Of a stretch of 32,000 nt of DNA, positions 31,530 to 32,000 are shown piece by piece. The position numbers and the translations under genes were made by a program. Below the pieces are notes generated by a model. The model ran no database searches, was not told the origin of the DNA, and saw nothing but the letters and a program-made list of their open reading frames with translations. This stretch comes from Opitutales bacterium (GTDB lineage Bacteria > Verrucomicrobiota > Verrucomicrobiia > Opitutales > Coraliomargaritaceae), in contig JBMYVL010000006.1 in NCBI GenBank assembly GCA_049606355.1, positions 90,001-122,000 of the forward strand. The letters run 5' to 3'. Within the stretch, counting starts at the first letter, position 1. Every line of letters begins with the position of its first letter.

Positions 31530-32000
31530 GTGGCTATTGGGCAGCTTTGTTTGTAGTCGGCTTCGCTGTTGCGGGAAGCATGTATGCCTTGGCCCTGCGT
31601 TGGCGCCGGATGGCCTTGGTGGATCTCATCTGGACGGCGGGCGTCGGGATCGCCGCGGCTGCGTACGTGAGCGCGCATGAGCTCTACCACGCACGCGCGC
31701 TCTTGGTACTGGCGGTGGTGTCGCTCTGGTCGCTGCGCTTGACTGTGCATCTGTTTTGCGACCGGGTACGTAGTGGGGATGAAGATCCGCGCTATGTAAA
31801 CTTGGCCAAACATTGGGGGGCCGCAGCGCGGCGAAATTTCTTCGGTCTGTTTTTGGTGCAAATTGTCTTCGTGGCTTTGTTTATCCTGCCGGTTAGCACC
31901 GCGCTGCAGCACCGTGCGGCAGTTTCATGGCTGGATGGGCTGGCGCTGACGATTGCGCTTGTGGCGTTTCTGGGTGAAAGCATCGCCGATCGCCAGTTGG
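31526..32000 (+). CDS. DUF1295 / steroid 5-alpha-reductase-like membrane protein, N-terminal part (3' end outside the window)
   Basis: Not in the ORF track because no stop falls inside the window. My own translation from the ATG at 31526 (an ATGA overlap with the desaturase stop) stays open to base 32000: MSGYWAALFVVGFAV..VDLIWTAG..SLWSLRLTVHLFCDRVRSGDEDPRYVNLAKHWG..FLGESIADRQL. The W..RL..HL..R...EDPRY and GE..AD.Q motifs fit DUF1295. Confidence 0.75.
   Translation, partial: MSGYWAALFVVGFAVAGSMYALALRWRRMALVDLIWTAGVGIAAAAYVSAHELYHARALLVLAVVSLWSLRLTVHLFCDRVRSGDEDPRYVNLAKHWGAAARRNFFGLFLVQIVFVALFILPVSTALQHRAAVSWLDGLALTIALVAFLGESIADRQL

Overview
This window is mostly core housekeeping DNA from a diderm bacterium. 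The phylum cannot be set from sequence alone; the type II glutamine synthetase and the Ala/Glu-tailed ribosomal proteins are only loosely suggestive. Bases 1-11272 (+) hold a contiguous spc/alpha ribosomal cluster: rpsC', rplP, rpmC, rpsQ, rplN, rplX, rplE, rpsN, rpsH, rplF, rplR, rpsE, rplO, secY, map, rpsM, rpsK, rpsD, rpoA, rplQ. It ends in a clear intrinsic terminator. Downstream come:
- a DegT-type sugar aminotransferase and a PglF/CapD-type membrane dehydratase (+)
- a peptide ABC importer, SBP plus two permeases with no ATPase (-)
- cardiolipin synthase (-), divergent from an orphan protein, an EEP-family phosphoesterase and rlmH (+)
- tRNA-Ala(GGC) (-)
- type II glutamine synthetase (-) with a good sigma-54 promoter match
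- a very small kinase-like ORF translationally coupled to a PP2C phosphatase (+)
- a TroABCD-like metal ABC importer (+), whose first permease carries a C-terminal DtxR/MntR-like domain and whose first gene is preceded by a perfect 18-bp palindrome
- rho (-), an SRPBCC protein (-), and an acyl-CoA desaturase (+) overlapping a DUF1295-type membrane protein that runs off the window and is absent from the ORF track.

I see no CRISPR array, mobile element, rRNA, toxin-antitoxin pair or recognisable defence island, and I cannot support the claim that a clearly new multi-gene system is present. The best candidates for a second look are the permease::DtxR-like fusion with its palindromic operator, the mini-kinase/PP2C pair, and the orphan protein plus EEP enzyme next to cls. 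Every family call comes from motif recognition by eye; no searches were run.
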